A DNA stretch of 64,000 bases from an uncultured Methanosarcinales archaeon (GTDB taxonomy: Archaea > Nanobdellota > Nanobdellia > Woesearchaeales > CAZYIM01). The notes beneath the pieces are model-generated. The model had not been told where the DNA came from. It saw only the letters and a program-made list of their open reading frames with translations, and made no database searches. Positions 48,946 through 58,936 of the stretch are shown piece by piece; within the stretch, counting starts at the first letter, position 1, and each line of letters starts with the position of its first letter. Both the position numbers and the translations under genes were made by a program. The stretch is from the NCBI GenBank assembly GCA_964647565.1, contig CAZYIM010000001.1:84184-148183 (forward strand). Reading direction: 5' to 3'.

Positions 48946-50040
48946 ATGGGGGTTAAATTCAAGCACAAGCTAAGCCTGACCAAGCCCGAGATGCTAAAGG
49001 TGGGGGATCAGCTGCCAGAGCTGCCCTTGCGAAAGTCGCTCAGCTGCAATGACTTAGTTGAACACGATGGCAAATACTATCTGGCCTTTCGCTCTGCATC
49101 AGGCCACTACCCATCTATAAATTCTGTACTATATATATTAAGTTCAAAAGACTGCAGGAAATGGGCCCATGAGCACACTATCTTCATGGACGCAGACTTA
49201 AGGGAGCCAAGATTCCTGTCTTTCAAGGGTAAGTTGTCATTGTATTTTTTTATGGGAAGCATCCACACCTTCAAGTTTATCCCAAAAAACATCTATTGCA
49301 TCCAAAAAAAGAACGGCAAGTGGCAGCAGCCCGCCATAGCATATAAAGAGGGTTTTGTGCCATGGAGGATCAGGATCTTCAATGGCAAGGCCTACATGTC
49401 TATTTATTATGGCAAGGAGATCTATCATAAGAGACATAATTTTGCAGTCCATCTGCTCGAGTCTTCCAATGGTAAAGACTGGCAGCAGATTACAAAAGAT
49501 CCTCAAATCACCAGGAAGGGTGCCACTGAAACTGAGTTTGAGTTTGATGATGACGGCAATATCTATGGCACCGTAAGGTTGGAGGGTTATGGCAGTCTTG
49601 TCTTTCACGCTCCAAAAGATGATCTTGGAAATTGGAAGACCCGATATAACTATTTCAAGCATGATTCTGCATTGCTGCTAAAGCATGAGAATGAATTGTA
49701 TCTGATCTCAAGGAAAAATTCATTGGGCCCTGCAGACATTTCCCCGCCATTCATGCCTGACTGGTTCAGGGCTTGGCACAACATGATCCAGTATTCATTA
49801 ACTCCAAAAAGGACAGCAATATATCATTTTAACAAAGAGCAGTTGAGGATTAGGGGGTTAAAGACACTCCCTTCAAGAGGCGATACCGGTTTTCCTTCTG
49901 TTATGAAACTGGACAAGAACAGGTATTTCTTGCTAAACTATAGCAGCAACCTCAGGCTTCCGATCAACATCCCATGGATCTTCGGCCAGTTCGCAAACAC
50001 AAATCTCTATTCCCAGGAACTGAGATTTGGGAGGACATAA
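48946..50040 (+). CDS. Beta-propeller (sialidase-like) hypothetical protein
   Basis: Asp-box-like SSKDCRKW and ESSNGKDW, DLREP, GDTGFP. Confidence 0.6.
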   Translation: MGVKFKHKLSLTKPEMLKVGDQLPELPLRKSLSCNDLVEHDGKYYLAFRSASGHYPSINSVLYILSSKDCRKWAHEHTIFMDADLREPRFLSFKGKLSLYFFMGSIHTFKFIPKNIYCIQKKNGKWQQPAIAYKEGFVPWRIRIFNGKAYMSIYYGKEIYHKRHNFAVHLLESSNGKDWQQITKDPQITRKGATETEFEFDDDGNIYGTVRLEGYGSLVFHAPKDDLGNWKTRYNYFKHDSALLLKHENELYLISRKNSLGPADISPPFMPDWFRAWHNMIQYSLTPKRTAIYHFNKEQLRIRGLKTLPSRGDTGFPSVMKLDKNRYFLLNYSSNLRLPINIPWIFGQFANTNLYSQELRFGRT

Positions 50041-50041
50041 G

Positions 50042-51202
50042 ATGAAAATAGCACTATTTACAGAAACCTTTCACGAGCCCAATGGGGTCGCAACCACTTA
50101 CCAGCATCTTGCCAAGTATTGCAAAAAAAAGGGTATCAACCTGGACATCTATACATACTCCAAGACCCGAACATATATCGAATTGGATGGCTCTGTGCGG
50201 ATTCTCTATTTCAAGCCCCTGATACCTGTGCAGATTTATTTTGACATCATCTTTGATCTACCAGTATTGCATCTGGATGTGCTTTCAATGGCTGACAAGA
50301 TAGATTATGATATCATCCAGGTGGCATCGCCAGGCTCTATGGGCATGCTCGGCCAGATGATTGCCCAAAAAAAAGAGAAGCCCATGGTTGGCATATTCCA
50401 TACTGCTTTTGAAAAGAATGTCAGGCTGCGTGTTGAGGATGTATTGGAAAAAAGACAGCTTTTCCCCAAATCAAGACAGAAAGTTGGAGAGTTCTCTGAA
50501 AATGTGACCTGGGATTATCTAAAACGCTTCTATCTAAAGTGCCAGCTGGTATTGGCACCTTCAAGATATACTCTTGATCTCATCCAGAAGAAGTTCGGAT
50601 TAAAAAAAAACAGATCAGGCATCTTCACTAGGGGTATTGATACTGATTTCTTTAGTCCGGAATTCAAAAAAGAGCATAAAGAACTGGTTGCTCTCTATGT
50701 AGGAAGGGTTTCTGTGGACAAGAATCTTGAGATGCTTGATTTTTTTGCAAAGAAAAAACATGTCAAGCTGAAGATAGTTGGTGACGGTGATTCTATGGCA
50801 GATCTAAAGAAAAAACTGCCCAATGCTGTGTTCACAGGTTTTGTGAAGGGTGAAAAGCTAAGGAACATCTATGCTTCTGCCGATTTCTTTGTCTTTCCTT
50901 CAGTGTCAGATACCTTTGGCAACGTGGTATTGGAGGCAATGGCATCGGGTCTGCCTGTTGTGGTGACTGACAAGATGGGCCCTAAAGAAATGGTGAAGGA
51001 TGGTGTTAATGGTTTTATAGCTGATAATAAGAGGGATTTTAAGAAAAAGGTTGATCTGCTGATAAAAGACCAAGAGCTAAGGATGTCTATGGGTGGAAAT
51101 GCAAGGGAGTACACAGAGACCCGAAGATGGGATTCTGTCTTTGACGATCTGATTGAGAAATATTCAAAACTAATTGAATCACATGTTGTAAAGAAAAGTT
51201 GA
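50042..51202 (+). CDS. Glycosyltransferase family 4 (GT-B)
   Basis: MKIALFTETF..PNGV, RGID...F, YVGR, DTFGNVVLEAMASGLP. Confidence 0.92.
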   Translation: MKIALFTETFHEPNGVATTYQHLAKYCKKKGINLDIYTYSKTRTYIELDGSVRILYFKPLIPVQIYFDIIFDLPVLHLDVLSMADKIDYDIIQVASPGSMGMLGQMIAQKKEKPMVGIFHTAFEKNVRLRVEDVLEKRQLFPKSRQKVGEFSENVTWDYLKRFYLKCQLVLAPSRYTLDLIQKKFGLKKNRSGIFTRGIDTDFFSPEFKKEHKELVALYVGRVSVDKNLEMLDFFAKKKHVKLKIVGDGDSMADLKKKLPNAVFTGFVKGEKLRNIYASADFFVFPSVSDTFGNVVLEAMASGLPVVVTDKMGPKEMVKDGVNGFIADNKRDFKKKVDLLIKDQELRMSMGGNAREYTETRRWDSVFDDLIEKYSKLIESHVVKKS

Positions 51203-51595
51203 TTTTCTTCCAGGAGTCATTGTTGCATGGTTAGGTATGCTGCCAAGATGCTTTTCTATTGAAGGTTTGAGATTATTGGAGACATAACTTCCCATTACTT
51301 TTTGCATGGATTTTTTCTTTAAAATATTAGGGTTATTGCTGCCGTTATGATTGGGGTTATTGCTGCCGTTATGATTGGTCAGGAAAACCTTGCCGTCTTT
51401 TATGGTTACCAGATAGGGCATTCTTTTGCCACTCTTGCTTCTAATTATATGGCAATGATATCCCATGCCATGGTTCTCTCTTCTATCCAGGAAGAACTCA
51501 GGACCCATGAAGGTACCTTCAGGGATGACATCGTGATCTCTAGCTAAATGAAGCTGTTTTTTTATCCTTTCAATAAGATTCGATGACATATTCAC
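51179..51595 (-). CDS. Hypothetical protein containing an 8-aa tandem duplication
   Basis: NHNGSNNP twice (24-bp unit, 51330-51377). Confidence 0.55.
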   Translation of the reverse strand: MNMSSNLIERIKKQLHLARDHDVIPEGTFMGPEFFLDRRENHGMGYHCHIIRSKSGKRMPYLVTIKDGKVFLTNHNGSNNPNHNGSNNPNILKKKSMQKVMGSYVSNNLKPSIEKHLGSIPNHATMTPGRKSTFLYNM

Positions 51596-51666
51596 TATTT
51601 AACAGTAGTTATTTATAAAGTTTTTTATTGGTTAACTATATAAATAGGTAAAATAGGAATAAAAAC

Positions 51667-52140
51667 ATGAACATGCTAGCTCACATCCTGATATCTTACC
51701 TGGTCTTTAGTCTATTTTTACCAGAGACCCAAAAATTTCTATTGCCTATTGCCATCTTTGCTGTTATCCTGGATCTTGATCATATCCCTGGCTATATCAA
51801 AGTGAGATTGATGCCAAAGAAAAAAAGAAAGAAGCTGACTGGCGAAGACTATTGCCATCTTTGTAGGACCATTATGCAAGAACCATTGGGCATCTTGGTT
51901 ATTGAGGTTATTTTTCTTGTCTTCTACTTGTACGGCGTAAAAAGCCCTTTGCTTTTCATTGCTGCAGCCTCTTTACCTATACACTGGCTGGTTGATTTCC
52001 TGACAGTACATACGAAACCCTTGGAGCCATTGAGTTCGAAGATAGTATGTCTGTTCTTTTCAAGCATAAAGCAAAGAAAGATTTCTGAGATAATTATTTC
52101 AGCGATAGCTGCTGTTTTGTTTTTGATTGTTTATTTTTAA
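51667..52140 (+). CDS. Membrane metal-dependent hydrolase (YdjM-like)
   Basis: H...DLDH...H..VD.LT with TM helices. Confidence 0.7.
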   Translation: MNMLAHILISYLVFSLFLPETQKFLLPIAIFAVILDLDHIPGYIKVRLMPKKKRKKLTGEDYCHLCRTIMQEPLGILVIEVIFLVFYLYGVKSPLLFIAAASLPIHWLVDFLTVHTKPLEPLSSKIVCLFFSSIKQRKISEIIISAIAAVLFLIVYF

Positions 52141-52201
52141 TCGCAAATCCTCCGATTACCTGTGGAAAAATATATAAAGCTTGATTGACTTTTATTCTTG
52201 T

Positions 52202-52336
52202 ATGTCTAATCATGCAGAAGCTGTTGTCAAAGAGGAAGAATTTTCTAGAAAGGACCCTGAAAAAGACGAACTTCTTATCCAGCTTGACAAAAGCATCGAA
52301 GATGTGAAAAAAGGTAGGATTAGGCGAGTATATTAG
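52202..52336 (+). CDS. 44-aa antitoxin-like protein (not in ORF track)
   Basis: MSNHAEAVVKEEEFSRKDPEKDELLIQLDKSIEDVKKGRIRRVY; TATA TATATAAA upstream; S.ED.K.GR tail resembles small archaeal antitoxins. Confidence 0.55.
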   Translation: MSNHAEAVVKEEEFSRKDPEKDELLIQLDKSIEDVKKGRIRRVY

Positions 52337-52650
52337 TTCTCCTTAAGTTTGTCCCTAATCTCATAATTAAGTTCTATGAATCTCTCTTTAATACCTGCTA
52401 TTGTCGAGTGTTGTGCTTTCTTATCGCTGATTCCTGCTAGTAAGATTGAAAGAATATCTTCATATACTAGAAAATACATTCTTTTTCCGTTCAATCTCTT
52501 TTCTCTTAGGAAATTATAACCTAACGGCCTGCCAACAAACTGATTGTTTATTAGTTTTTTCTCAATCAAATCAATTCTTGTTTGAGTTGATGGGGGTAAT
52601 TTATCATATTCTTCTTCAAAGTTCAATGTCCTGAAGATCTTAAACTTCAT
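52333..52650 (-). CDS. RelE-like toxin
   Basis: FRT..FEEEYDKL...GRPLGY.FLREKR..GKR.YFLVY...SDKK.Q. Confidence 0.65.
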   Translation of the reverse strand: MKFKIFRTLNFEEEYDKLPPSTQTRIDLIEKKLINNQFVGRPLGYNFLREKRLNGKRMYFLVYEDILSILLAGISDKKAQHSTIAGIKERFIELNYEIRDKLKEN

Positions 52651-52719
52651 GAACTGGTTTTTCAAACCAGTCTTCATTAATCTATAGAGAGAAAAATCGG
52701 AAAGATTGCGGACTGATTA

Positions 52720-53361
52720 CTATTTCTCAAATTCATCCCTGCAAAATTCGAGCATATGCGTGTTATCTTTATCAAATATCCACTTGCAATCCTCAACTGT
52801 TCCTAATGCAACAAGGCAGGTAGATTGGTCCACGCCACTAAGCAATTGCTTGCAGTCCATAGGCTCGCCGCCTATCCTGGTAAAACACCCGAGCCTGTCT
52901 TCTCGATTCAAAACCTCTTGACATTGCTCAATCTTGTCCCCATAAAGCATATAACAATTGCCCACAGCACTGGCGTCATCATAGTCATCGCAATCATCTA
53001 TATCTGCATATTCTCTAATGCAGTCTTGCTGTATCTGCGAATCATGAACTGTCTGGCAGGCCATAGGATCGCCTTCTGTATTGATTTCATGTTCTTGGAA
53101 TGAGAAGCATTGTTTTCCGACTTGTATCGGGTACTTATCCCCACAAACACAGTCCTCATAGTATTTGACCATCCTTGGCGAAGGGCACTTCTCATCATCT
53201 TTATCTCCGCCACCACCTTTTCCCTGCACCCCGCAGACAATCTTCATGATAACGCCCTTGTCCTCATCACTGCAGATGACATCCCACCAGTCTATATCAT
53301 CGCAGGCAGTAAGAAATAACATACAAAGAATAAGTAATGTAAAAATGACCTTCCCCCTCAT
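52720..53361 (-). CDS. Cys-rich lipoprotein
   Basis: Lipobox-like FLTAC; repeated C-x(10-11)-C units. Confidence 0.7.
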   Translation of the reverse strand: MRGKVIFTLLILCMLFLTACDDIDWWDVICSDEDKGVIMKIVCGVQGKGGGGDKDDEKCPSPRMVKYYEDCVCGDKYPIQVGKQCFSFQEHEINTEGDPMACQTVHDSQIQQDCIREYADIDDCDDYDDASAVGNCYMLYGDKIEQCQEVLNREDRLGCFTRIGGEPMDCKQLLSGVDQSTCLVALGTVEDCKWIFDKDNTHMLEFCRDEFEK

Positions 53362-53400
53362 GGTTTTTGATAACTATTTGTTATTTAAAAATTTTCTGGA

Positions 53401-54039
53401 TTATCGGGATTTTTTCACACCCTTCCTCGGACAAAGTTTTCCTATCGGACATTCCGAACATTTAGGACTTATGGGAGTACAGATACTCTGGCCGTGAACT
53501 ACAAGCAATTCGTTTACGTCCTGCCAGTATTTCTTTGGGATGTTCTTCATCAGGATTGCTTCTGTCTGCTCAGGTGTTTTTGTTTTTGCCCAGCCTAAGC
53601 GATTTGATATTTTAAAGACATGTGTGTCCACAGGGATTGCGTCTTTTCTGAATGCATATACTAAGACACAACCAGCTGTCTTCCTTCCGACGCCTGGTAA
53701 AGAAACTAGTTCTTCCATTGTGTCAGGGACGTTTCCGTTGTATTTGTCTAAAAGAATCTTTGAGACTTCCTTGACTCTTCTGGCTTTGGTCTTGTAGAAA
53801 CCTGATTTCTTTATTCTTTTCTCTACGTCCTTTAATGGGGCTGATGCTAACTGTGTGGGTGTCTTGTACTTGGCGAAGAGAGTCTTGGCTGCGATTATTG
53901 TCATCTCATCTCGGTTCCTTGCAGAAAGGATGGTGGAAATGAGGATGTAGAAAGGCGAGTTTTTCGAGAACTGGCCCAGCATGGAGATGCCTTGCTGTTT
54001 CCTGAGCAAGCGGATGACAGAAGAGATGTTCTTGATCAT
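53401..54039 (-). CDS. nth: Endonuclease III
   Basis: LPGVGRKTA (HhH), PVDTHV (GPD), C-x6-C-x2-C-x5-C. Confidence 0.93.
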   Translation of the reverse strand: MIKNISSVIRLLRKQQGISMLGQFSKNSPFYILISTILSARNRDEMTIIAAKTLFAKYKTPTQLASAPLKDVEKRIKKSGFYKTKARRVKEVSKILLDKYNGNVPDTMEELVSLPGVGRKTAGCVLVYAFRKDAIPVDTHVFKISNRLGWAKTKTPEQTEAILMKNIPKKYWQDVNELLVVHGQSICTPISPKCSECPIGKLCPRKGVKKSR

Positions 54040-54100
54040 AGGATAACGTTATAATTCTGATTTTAAAAACTTTTTTAAAGCCCTAGGTCTTAATAATATA

Positions 54101-55891
54101 GTGGCAAAAGACACAAAAAAAGAGGCAGACATCCACAAAAAATATCCTTTGGCACGAGTGTTTAAGGATTTCTGGGATTATGCAGAGGGGTATAAGAAGC
54201 AGGTAATTATTTACTTAGTCCTCAGCATCATCACAGCCCTTATTGCAATGGCCCCACCCTATCTATATGGTACTATCATCGACCAGCTTACAGAAGGAAT
54301 ATATAATGAGATCTTTATCCTATTAGGTTTTCTGGCCATCAGTCATATCTGCTTCCAGGTCCTATCCAACTTTGTTGTCTACAAGACCAAGCTGCTTTCT
54401 TCTATTATCAGGAACCAGGCAAGAATAAAGGCATTCAGACATCTGTTCGGCCTGGATTACGAGTTCTATGAGAAGAACCCTCTGGGTAAGCTTTTTGCAA
54501 GAATTGACCTGGGATCCCAAGCATTGCGGGAGTTTGTCAAGATAGTCTATAAAACCACTTTTGTCAGGTTTTTCGGAATGTTCTTTGCAGCAATCTTCCT
54601 CTTCAGCATCAACTGGATTGTCGGGCTTTTTGCAGCGGTCTTCATGCTCGTCTATTTCATGTACGGTTTTTGGAGCTCCAAAGTGCTTCTTAATCTTGAG
54701 AACAGGGTGCACCGAGTCTCTGAAAAGGTGTATTCCAAGGTCTATGATTTCTTTTCCCACATATTGATTGTCAAGCTGCTGAATATCAAGGAGAAGCTTA
54801 TTGGTATTTTGAGCAAGTCTTATGAGTCCGTAATCGATGAGCAGAAGAAATCGAGGAAATTTGAGAGACAGACTGTTGCTGTTTCCAAGCTGATGATAGA
54901 TCTTGCTGCTGTTGCAGTTCTGACATACCTTGCAGTTGAGGTTATGGGTACTAGGATGACTATTGGAAAGGCTGTCATGATCTATGGCTTTTTCATCAAG
55001 TTTGCAGATTATTCCAAGAAGCTTTATGCAGACTATCAGGATCTGATTGCAAAAAGAACTGGCATGTACCGGCTGTCTCTGATATATAACAATACACCTA
55101 CTATTGGTGAGCCAAAAGTGCCTGTAAGGCCTAAGAACTGGAACAGAATCCTCTTTGATGATGTGGTTTTCAAGTATTCTTCAAAAAAGACTGCTGCTTT
55201 GAAAGAAACCAGTCTAGTAATTAACAAGGGTGAGAAGGTTGCAATTGTTGGCCTGTCAGGATCTGGCAAGTCAACCTTTGCAAAACTATTGTTGAAACTT
55301 TACCTGCCGAATGAAGGAAAAATCAGTATAGGAAATGTTGACATCCGTAACATCCATTCAGATGACCTCTATAATATGATCAAGATCGTTCCACAGGATA
55401 ACGAACTGATGGACGCAACAATAATTGAGAATCTTGAGATGGCAGTTGTCCAGAAAGTGAACAAGAAAGACTTTGTGAAATCTCTTAAGGATGCAGCCGC
55501 CTGGGACTTTGTAAAAAGACTGCCAAAAAAACTCGATACACATGTCGGGCCTCAAGGTATTAAGATCAGCGGAGGAGAAAAGCAGAGACTCTGCATCGCA
55601 CGAGCACTGCTTTCAAAGCCAGAAGTGCTTGTTCTAGATGAAGCCACCTCAAACCTTGATGTGATCACAGAGAAGAAAGTGCACACTGCCCTGCACAAGA
55701 TGCCGAGGAAGATGACTATTATTGCAATAACCCACAGGATATCATCAGTCTATCTATTCGACAGGATCATAGTAATGGACAAAGGCAGGATTGTTGGCGA
55801 AGGCACACACAAAAAGCTTTTAAGAAAAAATAAATATTACAAAAAGCTGCAGGCAGCAACACAAAAAGAGATAGAGAAGAAGAAAAACTAA
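54101..55891 (+). CDS. ABC exporter, fused permease/ATPase
   Basis: TM domain; GLSGSGKS, ISGGEKQR, VLDEATS, H-loop. Confidence 0.93.
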   Translation: MAKDTKKEADIHKKYPLARVFKDFWDYAEGYKKQVIIYLVLSIITALIAMAPPYLYGTIIDQLTEGIYNEIFILLGFLAISHICFQVLSNFVVYKTKLLSSIIRNQARIKAFRHLFGLDYEFYEKNPLGKLFARIDLGSQALREFVKIVYKTTFVRFFGMFFAAIFLFSINWIVGLFAAVFMLVYFMYGFWSSKVLLNLENRVHRVSEKVYSKVYDFFSHILIVKLLNIKEKLIGILSKSYESVIDEQKKSRKFERQTVAVSKLMIDLAAVAVLTYLAVEVMGTRMTIGKAVMIYGFFIKFADYSKKLYADYQDLIAKRTGMYRLSLIYNNTPTIGEPKVPVRPKNWNRILFDDVVFKYSSKKTAALKETSLVINKGEKVAIVGLSGSGKSTFAKLLLKLYLPNEGKISIGNVDIRNIHSDDLYNMIKIVPQDNELMDATIIENLEMAVVQKVNKKDFVKSLKDAAAWDFVKRLPKKLDTHVGPQGIKISGGEKQRLCIARALLSKPEVLVLDEATSNLDVITEKKVHTALHKMPRKMTIIAITHRISSVYLFDRIIVMDKGRIVGEGTHKKLLRKNKYYKKLQAATQKEIEKKKN

Positions 55892-55978
55892 TTTCTCGAG
55901 TTTATTTCTCCCACTCCCACTGGACACTCCCTCGCGAGCTATTTAAAGCGTTCTTGATTGTTGTCTTTTGGGGAGACA

Positions 55979-56449
55979 ATGATATATAGGGCAGGCGCAC
56001 CTATGGTGCTTTCAGGAAATCTGTTGATGGTCATCAATACAGTCCGCATCCTATCTCTTGAGCTTCAGAAGAGGTTCAAGAGAATCCTGGTCATCGACAC
56101 CCTGAACTGCCTGGATCCCCACAGCATCATATATAATAGGCAGCAATTGAAGAACATCTACTGCGTCCGGACTCCAAATCCTTATGACCTGATTGCAAGG
56201 CTGGGCACCTCTGAGAGTTTTATTGCAAAGCAGAAGATAGGCGCTATCCTGGTCAACTCGCTAAGCAATATCTTTGAAGATACCACACCCTACGAGGCAG
56301 AGGCCCTGTTGAAGCATGTCCTAAGGTCTCTTGAAGAGCTGGCAGCGAAACACAAGCTGGTTGTTGTGGTTGGAAGCAGTCCGAACGATGAACCCGGTGC
56401 AATGAAAGTGCACCAGTTGTTGAAAGAAAGAAAAGCAGTGGTGATATGA
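55979..56449 (+). CDS. Degenerate RadA/RecA-like protein lacking Walker A
   Basis: LVIDT.N..DP, IY..R..NPY.L, ILVNSLSNIF; first gene of PolB2 operon. Confidence 0.65.
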   Translation: MIYRAGAPMVLSGNLLMVINTVRILSLELQKRFKRILVIDTLNCLDPHSIIYNRQQLKNIYCVRTPNPYDLIARLGTSESFIAKQKIGAILVNSLSNIFEDTTPYEAEALLKHVLRSLEELAAKHKLVVVVGSSPNDEPGAMKVHQLLKERKAVVI

Positions 56450-56757
56450 TGGGTCACACAGTCCATCCCATGCGCTGGGTTGTCTACAGCAAGCTTAACC
56501 AGTTGAGAAAACTTTGCAAGGGATTGAGAGAGCCTGAGAAGTCAATTGCTGAGAGTTTGTTGATACATGTGCATAAAAACATCTCTGCATTGAACTACGC
56601 CAACCCTCTGCCAAGAGAGATTGAAAATAATATGTTGTTCTTGATGCTGATGGAAGAAAAGAAAAGGCGAGGGTTGATAATTGACGATCTTACACTGCTT
56701 GTGTTTTCGATAATGGTTAGGGGGTTAAAAGAAAAAGATGAAAGGAACTTTTATTGA
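56446..56757 (+). CDS. Small PolB2-associated protein
   Basis: MGHTV.PMR...LRE.E.....L motif; between RadA-like gene and PolB2. Confidence 0.6.
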   Translation: MMGHTVHPMRWVVYSKLNQLRKLCKGLREPEKSIAESLLIHVHKNISALNYANPLPREIENNMLFLMLMEEKKRRGLIIDDLTLLVFSIMVRGLKEKDERNFY

Positions 56758-58936
56758 CTGTTACTTGCAGGGGGATGATGTGGTTGTATGGCTGAAGAGC
56801 TGTGGCAGGGATCTTCGGCTGGTTGACTCGTTTGTCCCTCGCATCTATATCCGCGGAAAGGACTTGGAAAGAGTTCGGAGTAGATTGTTTTCTAGGGGTA
56901 TTCGGTCTGGCTTTGTGAAAAAGAAAAGTTTTTTTCTTGGCAAGGAACAATGGGTCCTGGAAGTGCCTGTTGAGAAGCTTTCTTCATTTCATCATATTGT
57001 CAATCGCATAGAGAGATGGTTTGATTTTTCTTTGGAGCTGTACAACGCAGATCTGAAGTTGGAAGAGCATTACATGTTCGATAAGGGTCTGTTTCCAACA
57101 GCCAAGGTAAGTTTTGAAGTTGAAAACAATAGGATTGTTTCTATCAATGCATTAGATGATGCAGAAGAGCTGGACTATTCGCTTCCTAAATTCAAGGTTG
57201 CAGACCTTAAGGTGAAAACTGCAGACAATCTCTTCAAGGGAATGGATTCTGAGTTAGTGGCTGTGTTTTTTGGCAACAAACTGTACAAAAGCTCTGAACA
57301 GGAAATCCTGAATGATTTCAAGAAAGCCTTTGAAAAGAAAAATCCTGATATCATATGGATAGAGAACGGGAATTTGATTCTGCCTTTCCTAAAAGAGAAG
57401 TTCAGGGAATATAATATTGATTTTTGTTTTAATCGTTTTGAGAAGGATGACTTCGAGTTCAAGCAGGGCGATGTCTACACCAGCTATGGCAGGGTGTTCT
57501 ACAGGAGCCATTCGATATTTCTCAGAGGCAGGCTTCATTTCGATGCGCGCGCATTCTTTGCAGATGACACCGGACTGCATGGAATTGTGGATGGCGCAAG
57601 GGTTGCCAGGCAGCGCATCCAGAGAACAGAGATGCGGTCTGCAGGTGCTTGCGTAACCAACATGCTTTTGTACACTGCATGGAAAATGGATTTTCTATTG
57701 CCCTACAAGACAGGCATGTATGAGCGATTCAAGACTATGTACCAGCTCTATCAGGCAGATCGCGGGGCGTGCATCTTTGAGCCCAGGGTTGGCTTCCACA
57801 ACCATGTAACTGAGTTTGACTTTGTATCGTTATACCCCAACATCATGAACAAGTATAACCTGAGTCCTGAAACCTTGTTCTGCAAGTGCTGCAAAGATAA
57901 AGTGCCTGGATTACATTATCATTTCTGTCAGAAGACAAGGGGAGTTGTGCCAATTGTCGCTGAAAAGTTGATCAGGAGAAGGATAACTCTAAAGAAAAAA
58001 GGAACTCCTGAGTCAAAGCAGAAATGCGACTACATCAAATGGTTATTGGTCACTATGTTCGGCTACCAGGCCTTCAAGGGCAAGAAGATAGGCATTATCG
58101 AGATACATGAATCTATCCAGGCCTATGCCCGCCAGGTCATCATGAAATCTTGCAGGGCTGCTGAGAACCTGGGCTGGGATGTTGTGCATGGCATCATTGA
58201 TTCTGTCTATGTGAAAAAAAGGAATTTCTCCAAGAAGGAGCTGGAGATTGTTGAGAAGGAGATCTTCAATGCAACTGGAATGGAAGTCAAGCATGAAGGA
58301 AATTATAGATGGATTGTCTTCCTGCCTTCATTGGTAAATCCTAATGTACCGGTGCCTACCCGCTATTACGGTGTTTTTGAAGATGGGGAGTTGAAGTGCA
58401 GGGGTATCGAAGCCATAAGAAAGGATTGTCCTCCAATAGTCGCAAAGATGCAGAAGAAGATGATCGAGCTGCTTGCCAAGGCTAAAACTGAGGATGAGTT
58501 TAGACGGTTGTTTCCTAGTGTCTTTGAACTGTTGAAAAAATATGTGGCTGCCTTGGATCATGCCACCAAGGATGAATTGGCTATTGTCAAGATGATCAGC
58601 AAGCTGGACTACTCTGGCTCTATTGCCCAGGGCATTGTGGTAAGCCAGATGATCGAAGAGGGCTATGACGTAAAGCCAGGCCAAGCCATCGCCTATATCA
58701 TAAGGGATGTCAAACACAAGGATCCAAGAAAAAGATATATTTCCCTGGACAGGTTTAGTGGCGAGTTTGACAAACAGAAATATATTGAATTTCTTGTCAG
58801 GGCAACGTTCTCTATTTTACAGCCATTTGATATCAGCATGGACTTGCTTTTTGAATTGGTTAAAAACACAAAACAAATAAAGCTGGACAGCTTCAATGTC
58901 CTGGTTGAACGAAAATGTGTGGAAGATTCACCTTGA
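56738..58936 (+). CDS. Family B DNA polymerase, PolB2 group
   Basis: DFVSLYP, KWLLVTMFGY, HGIIDS (for YGDTDS), RYYG, RGIE.IRKD; degraded exonuclease motifs. Confidence 0.88.
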   Translation: MKGTFIDCYLQGDDVVVWLKSCGRDLRLVDSFVPRIYIRGKDLERVRSRLFSRGIRSGFVKKKSFFLGKEQWVLEVPVEKLSSFHHIVNRIERWFDFSLELYNADLKLEEHYMFDKGLFPTAKVSFEVENNRIVSINALDDAEELDYSLPKFKVADLKVKTADNLFKGMDSELVAVFFGNKLYKSSEQEILNDFKKAFEKKNPDIIWIENGNLILPFLKEKFREYNIDFCFNRFEKDDFEFKQGDVYTSYGRVFYRSHSIFLRGRLHFDARAFFADDTGLHGIVDGARVARQRIQRTEMRSAGACVTNMLLYTAWKMDFLLPYKTGMYERFKTMYQLYQADRGACIFEPRVGFHNHVTEFDFVSLYPNIMNKYNLSPETLFCKCCKDKVPGLHYHFCQKTRGVVPIVAEKLIRRRITLKKKGTPESKQKCDYIKWLLVTMFGYQAFKGKKIGIIEIHESIQAYARQVIMKSCRAAENLGWDVVHGIIDSVYVKKRNFSKKELEIVEKEIFNATGMEVKHEGNYRWIVFLPSLVNPNVPVPTRYYGVFEDGELKCRGIEAIRKDCPPIVAKMQKKMIELLAKAKTEDEFRRLFPSVFELLKKYVAALDHATKDELAIVKMISKLDYSGSIAQGIVVSQMIEEGYDVKPGQAIAYIIRDVKHKDPRKRYISLDRFSGEFDKQKYIEFLVRATFSILQPFDISMDLLFELVKNTKQIKLDSFNVLVERKCVEDSP

